Positions 9,566-19,037 of a stretch of 33,042 nucleotides of DNA are shown here, piece by piece. This stretch comes from a virus (Duplodnaviria > Caudoviricetes), in the IMG/VR virus record IMGVR_UViG_3300027396_000061, positions 1-33,042 of that record; one strand, 5' to 3'. Below the pieces are notes generated by a model. The model ran no database searches, had not been told where the DNA came from, and saw only the letters and a program-made list of their open reading frames with translations. Both the position numbers and the translations under genes were made by a program. The first letter of the stretch is position 1; each line of letters begins with the position of its first letter.

Positions 9566-12433
9566 TCAGCGTCCTGATAGTTGTTTGCGAGCAGCGATCA
9601 GTGCTTGTCTCACGCGAGCAGCACCAACAGATGCACGGTTCCCGGCCTTGTCGCCGTCGTAGTAGCCACGGCCATTAGGGCCAGCGACCCCAGCCCACTC
9701 CATGGACAAGTCCTGGTGTGCACCGGTCAGGTCGTTGCTCTCGCCGCGTAGATAGGCAGCAAGCCGCTCACGCTTGCCACCCAATGCCAGACCCCAGAAC
9801 AACTTGGTCTGCACATCAGGTGTCATCACCTCATTGCCTGTCAGCCCGGCGTCACGACGTGCCCTTGCCAGCACACCAGGGGTGAACTGATAAGCACCAA
9901 CGGCGAACACCTTGCCCTTGGATTGCAGCGCCTCCACCTGCTTGATGGTCATGCTGGTCAACCGCATCTGGCTGGCAGAACCAGTGGTGCCGTAGTTGAC
10001 GCTGTTCCATCCACCCTCGCCAGCAGAGACAGTGGCAGCCAACCCACCCTTGTCACCAGCAATCGTGGAAACACGGCCAGGCTTCTCATCAGCAAAGCGC
10101 TGATAGCTGGGAGGCAATGTTGCTGCTGCAGCTGGTGGCGTGAGCATGTTCATCAGCCAGCTGCCAGGTGCCATTGGGTTGAACGGCGCCTGACCGATCA
10201 CAGCCTGGTAATTGGCACTCGATACCTGCTGACCTTGCCGCTGCTTCTCCACCTCCTTCTGCAGGTATTGCCTGATCCCACCTCGTGGATCCAGCTGTGG
10301 GTAGAAACGCAGCTGCTCAAGCAGGAACTTGTTGGTGCTGGTCTTGGCGCGATTGGCCAAGCGATACAGCTCAGCACTCACCGGCTTGCCCTTACCCACA
10401 TTCACCAACTCCTCGCGTAACCACTGCCCCTCCATCACGGGCTGTACACGGAAGCGTTGTGCTGCTGTATCTGACAGCTGACCAGCAGCAGACTTCGGAA
10501 CACCGCGCACCTTCTCGCTGGGCTCAGTGCCAACCTCCGCAGCACCAACCTTCTTGGCACCCACCTCACCAGGGTTCAACCCCGTGGCTTGCTTATAGGC
10601 ATCCTTGTATTCCTGCCCCTTGCGTACCTCGGTGACGGCCTGATTCAGCAGGACGTTCTTGGTAGCAGGTGTCAGTGGTTGGCCAGGGTTCTTGGCCTGC
10701 CACTCGCCCAGCTTGGTCTCGAACGCACGGACGTACAGGTCCTCCACCCTGCTAGCGAAAGCACCAGCCCTGGCATCAGCAGCACCAGCAGCACCAGCAG
10801 CACTCTGCCCACCCTGGATTGCAGCAAGGAAAGCGCTCTGCTCTCCCTTCTTCGCCAGCAACTTGGCGACAGGGCCAGCCTTCAGGTCCTGCTGAACAGC
10901 GCTATCAATCCCCTTCTGGATGCCAGGAGTGAAGGCCTCCGCCTGCTTGACCTTCTCATCCAGCAGACCACGTAACTCCTTGAGCTTTGCCTCCTGCAGC
11001 TGCCGAGTGGGCTGACCAGCAGCAATGCTCCTGACCTGTTCACGCAAGGCCTGCACAGCACCAGGACTGCGCAGCTCAGTGATCGTCAGGTCATTGATCT
11101 GATCACGCAGGATGTCCTCCTGAATTGGATCAGCGGCATAGGCCTCAGCAGCAAACGTGCTGCGATCCTTCATCTTCCCGCCCATGTAGCCATCGAGATC
11201 TCGATAGCCCTTGGCTGCTGCCTGGTTGCGGAACTCCAGCAATGCACCGGCATACGCCGGATCAGTGGGAAGCATTGAGCCAGGCATCCCAGCCTGGTTC
11301 CACAACCCATCTAGCTCGTTCTCAATCCCCTGCTGCTCGTTCTCATACGCCTTCAGCCGTGCGTCATTACCACGGTTGGTCAGCTCAACAGCACCCAGCG
11401 GATTGCTGGCACCCCATGTCGGACGGCTCTTGTCACCAGGATTGCCGCCCTGCACAAAGGTCAGCACATCACGCAGCCCAGGCACCTGGCCATACGTGCC
11501 ATACAGCTGCGTCTGCAGTGCCTTCACTGCTTCTGATCGATCGGTGCCACCAACCATCGACAGCGTGCGATCAAGCTCTGCCGTCATCAGCAGGCCACCC
11601 AACTGCGCAAACCGTGGATCACCTAGTCGGATGATCTCACCGTTAAACGGGATGCCGTTCTGTGCATAGCCCTGCAGCAACGCACCCATGGACGCAACGC
11701 CCATGTCGATGGTGTTCTGCTTAACCGTCTGCGCATACAGCGTTTGCTGTTTCTCGCTGTACTTGTCCCACGCTTGGTTGAGCTTGGGCACCGTATAGAA
11801 CTGAGCTTCAAGCTCATCGCCCGTCAGCCCGTACTTGCTCATCACCTCCTGGGTGATCTGAGCCTTGCGCTGCATCAAGGCAGGGCTGCCCGGCTGCATG
11901 GCGGCCAGCTGACCTTGGTTATTGATGAGGTCAGAAGACAGCGCGTTGTCGATGCTCTGCCCCGCCAGCTGCGCTGCAGCACGACGGCGACCAATCAGCT
12001 TCCAAGGGTTGCTGTCCTGCAGTAACTGCGCAGCAACTGGATCCCTCTTCTGCAGCTGGCTAACCGTGGTCGCGGCATTGATCGCACCCTGCTCTTGCTG
12101 CAGCTGCATACCCAGCGCCGCCTTGGCTGACTGGTTCTTCAGCTCGTCGTAGTAACCAGACTCAATCTGACCACTGACATACGAAACAATCCCCGTCTCA
12201 GTCAGGCTCAACAGCGTCTTGCTGAACGGTGCCAGCGCTGTCGCTACCTGTTGAAACTGGTTATACCCCTGAACACTGCCACCACTGCCTTGCTGCAGTT
12301 GGACAACCCCACTCGGGGAATCAAGCAGTGCAGGGCGTGCAGCACCTGCAGTTTGGATCTGAGCCGGTGAAACGAAAGCACCCAGCGGCTTAGCGCCAGG
12401 GCTGACCTCACCAAATGGAAGACGTTGTGCCAT
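9566..12433 (-). CDS. Internal virion protein gp15-like with C-terminal lysozyme-like domain
   Basis: Follows gp14. C-terminal AGEGGWNSVN...MTIKQV...AVGAYQFTP...PDVQ...EWAG resembles lambda-lysozyme-like muralytic domains. Confidence 0.75.
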   Translation of the reverse strand: MAQRLPFGEVSPGAKPLGAFVSPAQIQTAGAARPALLDSPSGVVQLQQGSGGSVQGYNQFQQVATALAPFSKTLLSLTETGIVSYVSGQIESGYYDELKNQSAKAALGMQLQQEQGAINAATTVSQLQKRDPVAAQLLQDSNPWKLIGRRRAAAQLAGQSIDNALSSDLINNQGQLAAMQPGSPALMQRKAQITQEVMSKYGLTGDELEAQFYTVPKLNQAWDKYSEKQQTLYAQTVKQNTIDMGVASMGALLQGYAQNGIPFNGEIIRLGDPRFAQLGGLLMTAELDRTLSMVGGTDRSEAVKALQTQLYGTYGQVPGLRDVLTFVQGGNPGDKSRPTWGASNPLGAVELTNRGNDARLKAYENEQQGIENELDGLWNQAGMPGSMLPTDPAYAGALLEFRNQAAAKGYRDLDGYMGGKMKDRSTFAAEAYAADPIQEDILRDQINDLTITELRSPGAVQALREQVRSIAAGQPTRQLQEAKLKELRGLLDEKVKQAEAFTPGIQKGIDSAVQQDLKAGPVAKLLAKKGEQSAFLAAIQGGQSAAGAAGAADARAGAFASRVEDLYVRAFETKLGEWQAKNPGQPLTPATKNVLLNQAVTEVRKGQEYKDAYKQATGLNPGEVGAKKVGAAEVGTEPSEKVRGVPKSAAGQLSDTAAQRFRVQPVMEGQWLREELVNVGKGKPVSAELYRLANRAKTSTNKFLLEQLRFYPQLDPRGGIRQYLQKEVEKQRQGQQVSSANYQAVIGQAPFNPMAPGSWLMNMLTPPAAAATLPPSYQRFADEKPGRVSTIAGDKGGLAATVSAGEGGWNSVNYGTTGSASQMRLTSMTIKQVEALQSKGKVFAVGAYQFTPGVLARARRDAGLTGNEVMTPDVQTKLFWGLALGGKRERLAAYLRGESNDLTGAHQDLSMEWAGVAGPNGRGYYDGDKAGNRASVGAARVRQALIAARKQLSGR

Positions 12434-12436
12434 TGA

Positions 12437-13285
12437 TTAACTCCCCTTCGGTGTGCCAGCACCTGAAGAACTGCTCGGTGTCTTCAGGCTGTTCAACGTG
12501 TTCTGCATGGAGAACACCGACTGAACACCACCAAGCAATCCAGTGGCGATGTTCAATCCAGCAGCAGCACTGCTCGGCCCAGCACCTGTCATCGTTGGAC
12601 CAGGCGGTGTGATCAACGTCGGCAGCGGTGCAAACGGTGGCAGCGGTTCCATGTACGGCTGCTCTTCGTAGAACTGCTGACTGTTGTATTGACTCAGGTA
12701 CTGCGCCACTCGCGCTGATTGCGTTCGACTGAACTGCCGACTCCTGATTCCCTTGTTGATCTCCTGCAGCGTCGCGTAGTCACCCTCTTGCCGGGCGTAG
12801 TCATTGACCAAACGATCAACGCTGTTGCCCTCCATGTTCATTGCCTGCACCGATGACCGCGCCTGCAGTGATCGCCACTGGTACTGCTGCATCGCTACTG
12901 CCTCCTGCATTGAGGCCTCGCCATAGGCAGCAGTAATCGCCTCGCTGTCCTGCACATAGCTGGCACCAGCAGCGGCGCGGGTGTCACGCACCACCTCTGC
13001 CTGCCGGATGCCCTTCAGCAGTTCAACGTTCCTGAGCGCCTTCGTGTACGCCAGGTTCTGGTTGTAATTAACAGTCTCCTGCCAATACTTGTATTGGTTG
13101 TTGGCGTCGTTGATCTTGGCGTTGAACCCAGCCTGCCAAGACGCGAATTGACTGTTCGCTTTCTGGAACGCCGTCTGGTTCAGGTAGTCCTGTTGAGCAG
13201 CCTTGTTGCTGGCGCTGGCACCCATCAGGTTCAACCCTGTGGATACCGCACCAAAGGCCAGTGAGATCGGATCAATAACGACCAT
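12437..13285 (-). CDS. Internal virion protein gp14-like
   Basis: Hydrophobic N-terminus (IDPISLAFGAVSTGL), Q/A-rich helix, GNSVDRL motif and synteny after gp13. Confidence 0.75.
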   Translation of the reverse strand: MVVIDPISLAFGAVSTGLNLMGASASNKAAQQDYLNQTAFQKANSQFASWQAGFNAKINDANNQYKYWQETVNYNQNLAYTKALRNVELLKGIRQAEVVRDTRAAAGASYVQDSEAITAAYGEASMQEAVAMQQYQWRSLQARSSVQAMNMEGNSVDRLVNDYARQEGDYATLQEINKGIRSRQFSRTQSARVAQYLSQYNSQQFYEEQPYMEPLPPFAPLPTLITPPGPTMTGAGPSSAAAGLNIATGLLGGVQSVFSMQNTLNSLKTPSSSSGAGTPKGS

Positions 13286-13731
13286 CAGGCTGCCCTCCAG
13301 AAATTGCAGAACAAGGCACCGCTTGAACCAAACGGCCTCGGCTGCTCAACCGTGAACCCCAAGTGCTTCAACCAGCGGATCGACGCTTGGTTGGAGTAAT
13401 ACACGTCGTTCCCTATGGGACCGCCCACTCGTTTCAAACAATGCTCAACCCATCCTCGCCCTTCTCTGCACAGCTGCAATCTTCTTGACCGTGTTGCTGT
13501 CAGCTCTTCAGTGCCAAGCAACCAGATCCGATCACCAACAACACCCGTCACACCCACTGGCTCACCGTCATTGGTGACGATGCAACGGCAGAGATCGCTC
13601 TGCTGCCAGCTCTCGACAACCGCCTCAGGGCCTGGGATGTGGTGACTTAACCACACCTCACGCTCGTCCTCTCGTCTGATGTTCGCAGCCACGTAGTAGA
13701 CGAGGCCCTCCTGTGGATCCGCCCACCTCAT
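13285..13731 (-). CDS. gp13-like protein (GNAT-like fold)
   Basis: NIRREDEREV...IWLLGT...N.VYYSNQASIRWLKHLGF. ATG 13731 overlaps the tail tube B stop (ATGA). Confidence 0.8.
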   Translation of the reverse strand: MRWADPQEGLVYYVAANIRREDEREVWLSHHIPGPEAVVESWQQSDLCRCIVTNDGEPVGVTGVVGDRIWLLGTEELTATRSRRLQLCREGRGWVEHCLKRVGGPIGNDVYYSNQASIRWLKHLGFTVEQPRPFGSSGALFCNFWRAA

Positions 13732-16232
13732 TGCAGGGACCTCGCACGACCAGTCAGTAAGGCCATCCATTCACAGGTGCTGAACTTGCAGGGGTGTGGG
13801 GAGTCATTGAGGATCTCCACCAGGCATTGACTACCGCGACTCAGGATCGGGATGTTGAACACACCCTCGAAGTACCTCGCGGTATCCGGCTGATACGTGC
13901 CACCCACCTGCCCAATCCGGGCATTGCGAACAGCACTCACCGTTCCATCAAACGTGTAGAGCCCAGGCACCCGATGCTCAGGCATCACCTTCACCTGGAA
14001 GAACCCTGACTCGTGGTATCGGAGCTTGGCCTGCCTGACCTGGGTGCGCATCATGTTCACCGCTGCCTTGCCGCCACCGATCTCACGCATCAAACGGAAA
14101 CGAGTGAAGCGATAACGGAACTCATACAGCTCACCAAAGAACACATCCGCTTGGCTCCAGTCACCCCTGGCCGTGATGGTGTTGCCAGTGCTGGCCTCAC
14201 CCAGCAACACACCGCCGTTGTACGTGGCCGGCCCAGCCGTGTAGCTACTCCATGCCTGGGTCTTGGCCTTCACCTCATACGGCAACGTCCAGGTGGTCTT
14301 CCTGGTAACCGGGTCATACGTGCCCCTGGCAACACGCATCGCAGCAGAGGTCGCAGCAGTCGTGCTCACCCTCCGATCCAACAGCAACGGATAGGGCGTG
14401 CCCAGCACCTCACCCATCCGGTCCATCACAGGGATGACCTCAAGGAAGATGTCATTGCCGTACCGCATTAAGCAGTACAGCGCCTCACGGATGCAAACAA
14501 TCTGCAGCACCTCATCGGCGCCGTTGAACTGCCAGTGGCTCCAGCTGGACTGCGCCCTCTCCGCACCACCACCGGTATTACGGAAGAACCACTTGTACAC
14601 ATAGATCCGATCCTTGTATCCGTCCTTCCCGCTGATGACATACAGGCTGTTGCCTGTGTCATTCACCGTGACCTTGAACACCTCGTCAGGGATGTAAGCC
14701 GAGACATACCCCGTCAGATCCTGTGCATCAGCAGTCAGCGCAGTTCCCGCACCACGGACACTGAACTCACGGAACTGACTCCACTGCCCGTTCTCCTGAC
14801 AGAAGATGATCCCGCCGCCAGCCTGTTGTGGCCTGACGTTGGTATCAATCTCGAACTGCGTCAGCACCGTGATCTGCGCTGTCGCTGGTGTCAGCACCGT
14901 CTCCGCTGCGTTGAAGCGGAACTGATACTGCGAGCTGAACAGGATCAACTCATCCTGATACGGCACTGCATACCGGAGAACGGATACCCGGTTATTGCTA
15001 GCCACAACATCAATAGGATCAGTATCCAGAACTGTCGTGACCGTTGCAGGGAAGAACTCAAAGAACTCCCTGGTCCGACTGAGGATGACGTTCTCGTCAG
15101 CAAGGAAGACCAGCCGGTTCTTGTAAATCGCTACATCGTTGATGGCAAAACCAATGAAGCTCGGGTCAGGCGCGGTCTCGTAGTCACCAGTAACTCGATG
15201 ACCCCAAGCAGGCATGTCAACACCGCCTTGGGTGCTGCCATCTGCTGGGCCGAAGTAGAACTCCCCATTCGGTAACCGCACCAGGATGTGCGGCATGGTG
15301 CTCTTGTCGATCTTGTACTCGACACCAGGACTGACGATCTCAGCCCAGACACCCTCACCAAACGTCCCGCTATTGGGACGGAACTCCACGTAGTAGTTAT
15401 CGAAGTTGTTCCCCGGATCACCGGAGATCTCAACCGCATAACCCTTTGGACCAATCGTTGGTAGATCAGTGAAAGCCTGCGCCTTGCCCAGAATTGCCGT
15501 GATGTCAGCATTGGCCCTGGCATCAGTCGCTGACACCGTGATCGGGTTGGCAGACTGCACCCAAAGCACGGAACCCTCACGGGTGATCGTCACCCCAGTC
15601 AAGGTGCCAAGTGCTGTCTTGATCTGCTCTGCAATCTCAGCTGAGCTGATCCGGTTCTCAGTAACTGTGGTGCCGTTACTGACCACTGGCGCCACAGCCG
15701 TGGTCACCGTGGCTTCAGTTCCGTTGACGTTGACCTTATAGGTCTGGCCATAGTTGGCCGCTTTCACCCAGATCAAACACTCATGCGCTGATGGCCGTGC
15801 TGTCTCCGGCGACAATGCCGGGTCCATCGCTGTCACCTTGTTGGTGTTCAAGATGAAGGTGTAATCAGCCACCGTCACAGCACGGATCTGCTGCCTGGCA
15901 TCCGTCACTGAAGACAGATAGCCATACCCACCAGGGGCATTAACGGTCTTCTCATTACCCTGCAGATCAAACACCCGGATCGAGGTCTTGGTGATGACCG
16001 CCAGATACTCCTCGGTGTTATCACGCAGGATCGTATGGATGAACGCATCACCAAACGGTGCACTGCTCACCTTGGCCAGCGTGTGCGTGCTGTCCCGCTT
16101 CCTCAATCCCTCCGCGATGGAGGACATCCCATTGATCTGGATCTCAGCCTGACTCGGATCGCGTTGTGCATCCGGTTGCTGGCTGATGCCTTGAATCAGA
16201 TTGGGGATCGTGTAGCTATACAGCTCAGCCAA
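13728..16232 (-). CDS. Tail tubular protein B (gp12, nozzle)
   Basis: IPNLIQGISQQPD...GLRKR N-terminus, MPHILVR, YKNRLVFL, QSSWSHW. Likely TTG start at 16232 preceded by GGAGGT. Confidence 0.92.
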   Translation of the reverse strand: MAELYSYTIPNLIQGISQQPDAQRDPSQAEIQINGMSSIAEGLRKRDSTHTLAKVSSAPFGDAFIHTILRDNTEEYLAVITKTSIRVFDLQGNEKTVNAPGGYGYLSSVTDARQQIRAVTVADYTFILNTNKVTAMDPALSPETARPSAHECLIWVKAANYGQTYKVNVNGTEATVTTAVAPVVSNGTTVTENRISSAEIAEQIKTALGTLTGVTITREGSVLWVQSANPITVSATDARANADITAILGKAQAFTDLPTIGPKGYAVEISGDPGNNFDNYYVEFRPNSGTFGEGVWAEIVSPGVEYKIDKSTMPHILVRLPNGEFYFGPADGSTQGGVDMPAWGHRVTGDYETAPDPSFIGFAINDVAIYKNRLVFLADENVILSRTREFFEFFPATVTTVLDTDPIDVVASNNRVSVLRYAVPYQDELILFSSQYQFRFNAAETVLTPATAQITVLTQFEIDTNVRPQQAGGGIIFCQENGQWSQFREFSVRGAGTALTADAQDLTGYVSAYIPDEVFKVTVNDTGNSLYVISGKDGYKDRIYVYKWFFRNTGGGAERAQSSWSHWQFNGADEVLQIVCIREALYCLMRYGNDIFLEVIPVMDRMGEVLGTPYPLLLDRRVSTTAATSAAMRVARGTYDPVTRKTTWTLPYEVKAKTQAWSSYTAGPATYNGGVLLGEASTGNTITARGDWSQADVFFGELYEFRYRFTRFRLMREIGGGKAAVNMMRTQVRQAKLRYHESGFFQVKVMPEHRVPGLYTFDGTVSAVRNARIGQVGGTYQPDTARYFEGVFNIPILSRGSQCLVEILNDSPHPCKFSTCEWMALLTGRARSLQ

Positions 16233-16887
16233 TGACCACACCTCCGTAGACACCACGCAGCAGACCCATGCCTGGTTGGTAGGTAGGCATCGGACCAAGG
16301 CCCCGACCACCTGTCAGTGCATTGGGCTGGGATTGATCCAGCTCCACACGCATCAACTCAGTCAGCGCTGCTTGCTCATCCGCAGCGGTGTACTTCACGA
16401 TCGAGTCAGAACCCATCACGCGAGCAGCAAACACCCGTGCTGCACGGATCGTGGTGTACCGGTTAAATGCTTCTGGTGACTCGTCCCAAGTCAATAACCA
16501 CACCACATTGGCGTGGATCTCCTTGATGTCATCAGGCAGTTTGGTGGTGCGATTCAGCTTGTCGTAGACCTTCTGCCCACGAAGGATGAACCGACCGTCA
16601 TAGAAGTACGGATCCACCGTGAACCGCACCACATTGGCCGGCACCACGATCTCCTTTGTGGCCTGGTCCTTCTCGAACGGATAGAACTCCTCACTGTTCC
16701 AGCTCCATGCCCGCAGCTGTCCTTCGCGGTGCAGCTCAAGGATCGTGTGCTCAGCGATCCGTGCGTCCTGGATCTGTTCCTTCTCGAAGGCGTCCACCGG
16801 CTGCTCGCCGATGTTCTCCAGCAGAACGTTGATGGCCTCCAGCAGGGTTGTCCTGCCAGGCGTTATCCCCTGATTCGCAAGACCCAT
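16225..16887 (-). CDS. Tail tubular protein A (gp11, adaptor)
   Basis: TLLEAINVLLENIGEQPV...WSWNSE...PEAFNRYTTIRAARVF. ATG 16887 chosen because the longer track ORF runs through the terminator. Confidence 0.92.
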   Translation of the reverse strand: MGLANQGITPGRTTLLEAINVLLENIGEQPVDAFEKEQIQDARIAEHTILELHREGQLRAWSWNSEEFYPFEKDQATKEIVVPANVVRFTVDPYFYDGRFILRGQKVYDKLNRTTKLPDDIKEIHANVVWLLTWDESPEAFNRYTTIRAARVFAARVMGSDSIVKYTAADEQAALTELMRVELDQSQPNALTGGRGLGPMPTYQPGMGLLRGVYGGVVIG

Positions 16888-16895
16888 ACCACTAC

Positions 16896-16907
16896 TGCAC
16901 CTGTGCA
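16896..16907 (-). promoter_or_regulatory. TGCACAGGTGCA box upstream of gp11
   Basis: 8 nt before the ATG and directly after the capsid terminator, with a TACCAT hexamer 5 nt upstream. Confidence 0.55.
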
Positions 16908-16925
16908 GACCAATGGTATGAGGGC

Positions 16926-16958
16926 AAAAGAAAAGGGGCCAGGATCGCTCCCAGCCCC
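16926..16958 (-). terminator. Intrinsic terminator after capsid gene (T-phi equivalent)
   Basis: Minus strand GGGGCTGGGA-GCGA-TCCTGGCCCC followed by TTTTCTTTT. Confidence 0.9.
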
Positions 16959-16984
16959 ATCGAACATTCCAGAACCAGTCTGGA

Positions 16985-18067
16985 TCAGGCAGTGACAACC
17001 CGAACCGCACTCTCAGCGCGGAGGATGCCCATACCCAGTGCCTGACGAGCAACCAGCAGGGTGGCCTGATGGCTGATGTTCCAGTCACCAGAGGTGGCCT
17101 GCAGAGAGGGGCTCAGCAGAGACAGCACACCAACAGCATCACGGTTGAAGATCAGACCGTGGCACTTGCTCAGATCCTGGGCGTAGTCAGCGTTGTAATC
17201 GCCGGCCACCAGGGTGTAAGCAGGCTGGGTGACGTGGTTGGACATCATGATGGGGATGCCAGCCACACGCAGAGTGCGACCCTCAGCGATGGTGCCGTTG
17301 GAACCACCACCACCGTTGAAGTCGGTGTTGATCGCACGGCTCGACTGGGTGATGGCGTAGTAGTCATCAGGGCCGAACACAGCCACGGTGCCTTCCATCG
17401 GCACATCCTTCTTCTCCATCGCAATGCGAGCGTCGAAGATGGCATTAACCAAGGCATCGCCTTTGGCTTGGCGGGTAGCGCCAGCACCGGTGTAGTCAGC
17501 GCCCAGGGTGATGGTTGCACCGATGCGACCCCGGTTATCAGCAGGACCCTTGGGAGAAGCCGTGCCGTCCTTAGCCAGAGGCTCAGTGGCATTAGCTGCT
17601 GCCGCAAAGATCATGCGAGCAACGCGCTTGTCGTACTCGTATGCCAGAGCGCGACCCAGTTCAGTCGTATAGATCGACCGAACATCGAAGTAGGTCATCA
17701 GCTCATCGAGGTTGTCGATTGCCACATCGGCAATCATCAAACCATCGAGATTGATGACCCGTTCGTTCAGGTCAGACGGCATGTTGCCGTCACCCAGGAT
17801 CGCCTTGCCAGGCTCGTGATAGCGGGCACCCATCTTGCCGGTGATGGGGAAAGCAACGCTCTTGCCACCACGGATGTTGCGCTCACGGGTCTTGCCCTTG
17901 AACACAGTGGTGCGCTCGAAAGCATCGAGCACTTCAGCAGCGCCGAGCTTGAGGAACAGTGCACGGTCTTTGTCAAAGCCCGCAGCACCAGGACCCCACG
18001 TTGCCGCGTCGCCCTTGATTTGACCTGTCCGCGAAAGACCCGCGTCCCAGGGGATAGTGACAGCCAT
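16985..18067 (-). CDS. Major capsid protein (gp10)
   Basis: ALFLKL..AEVLDAF, RNIRGGKSVAFPITG, ELGRALAYEYD, GMGILRAESAV. Confidence 0.96.
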   Translation of the reverse strand: MAVTIPWDAGLSRTGQIKGDAATWGPGAAGFDKDRALFLKLGAAEVLDAFERTTVFKGKTRERNIRGGKSVAFPITGKMGARYHEPGKAILGDGNMPSDLNERVINLDGLMIADVAIDNLDELMTYFDVRSIYTTELGRALAYEYDKRVARMIFAAAANATEPLAKDGTASPKGPADNRGRIGATITLGADYTGAGATRQAKGDALVNAIFDARIAMEKKDVPMEGTVAVFGPDDYYAITQSSRAINTDFNGGGGSNGTIAEGRTLRVAGIPIMMSNHVTQPAYTLVAGDYNADYAQDLSKCHGLIFNRDAVGVLSLLSPSLQATSGDWNISHQATLLVARQALGMGILRAESAVRVVTA

Positions 18068-18173
18068 TGTCTTGAAAGAGAAAGTGAGCAGGGTTCACTT
18101 CCGCCTTCCCTTTCCCGGTTATCCCCGCAGGGGCCGGTCCGTTGCAGGGGTGAGATGTATCCCTACCGGCAAG

Positions 18174-19037
18174 TTAGAACACGTCGCTGTTGGATAGCAA
18201 CGAGATGAACTTCTGACGGTAGGCATCATCCACGTCATAAAGGCGCTGACCACGCTCATTGGTCTTGTTCATGGCATCCAGCACTTGCTGCTTGCTTTCG
18301 AACTTGGCCACGACAGGCGGCTGTCCACCACCGATCAACTTGGGTTCAGCGACCTCTGCCTTGCCTGATGCACGTGCCTGCATAGCAGTCAGCGCCCAGC
18401 GGATGGCTTCCTTGTTGCCGCTATCAACAGCAGCGTTGTAGTTGGCCAACTCCTGCTGGTTCATGTTGGCTGCAGCCCATTGGCTCAAAGCATTGAACTG
18501 CTCATCACCACCGACGTAGGCCTTCAGCTCAGACACGTCGGCATCGGTCAAGCCAGGTGAGGGGTCTGCCGAGGGTCGGACCTGCGCCTTTCCCACGTAG
18601 TTTTCGACAACCTGCCGTGGCACCTTGAACACCTCAGCAAGGGTGTCGTAGTGATTGCTGATGTCTTGGCCGTTATCGGCCTTCCACATCACATCAGCAA
18701 GATCAACGCCCTGCTCAGATAGCAGATCAACAGCTTCTTGCCCATATACCTGAGCAGCCTGTTCAGCGGTATAACCGGAGGGAGCCTGTTTGGGTTCTGC
18801 TGAGGGAGACTCTGGGGTAGGAGCTGATCCCTGCCCCAGTTTTCTCTCCAGTTCTTGATAAGCCTTGGCGAGGTCCTCTGGTGAATTGAACTTGCCAAGG
18901 ATCTTTTGCTGCTCCTCAGCACGGGAAGCAGCTTCCTGTTCTTGGATGAACTCTTCGAGGATGCTCTCCTGCCCAGGGGCAACCATCCCAGAAGCTGCTG
19001 CCTCTGGGGTAGAGATCACAGGTGCTTGGTCGTTCAT
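18174..19037 (-). CDS. Capsid assembly scaffolding protein (gp9)
   Basis: ILGKFNSPEDLAKAYQELERKLG, VGGDEQFNALSQWAA, Y..DDAYRQ. Lies between portal and capsid. Confidence 0.92.
   Translation of the reverse strand: MNDQAPVISTPEAAASGMVAPGQESILEEFIQEQEAASRAEEQQKILGKFNSPEDLAKAYQELERKLGQGSAPTPESPSAEPKQAPSGYTAEQAAQVYGQEAVDLLSEQGVDLADVMWKADNGQDISNHYDTLAEVFKVPRQVVENYVGKAQVRPSADPSPGLTDADVSELKAYVGGDEQFNALSQWAAANMNQQELANYNAAVDSGNKEAIRWALTAMQARASGKAEVAEPKLIGGGQPPVVAKFESKQQVLDAMNKTNERGQRLYDVDDAYRQKFISLLSNSDVF

Noticed and set aside
16888-17088. Upstream extension of the gp11 ORF overlapping the capsid end (possible 10B-like frameshift fusion)
   Set aside because: No clear slippery site, and the extension runs through the terminator and reads as non-protein-like.
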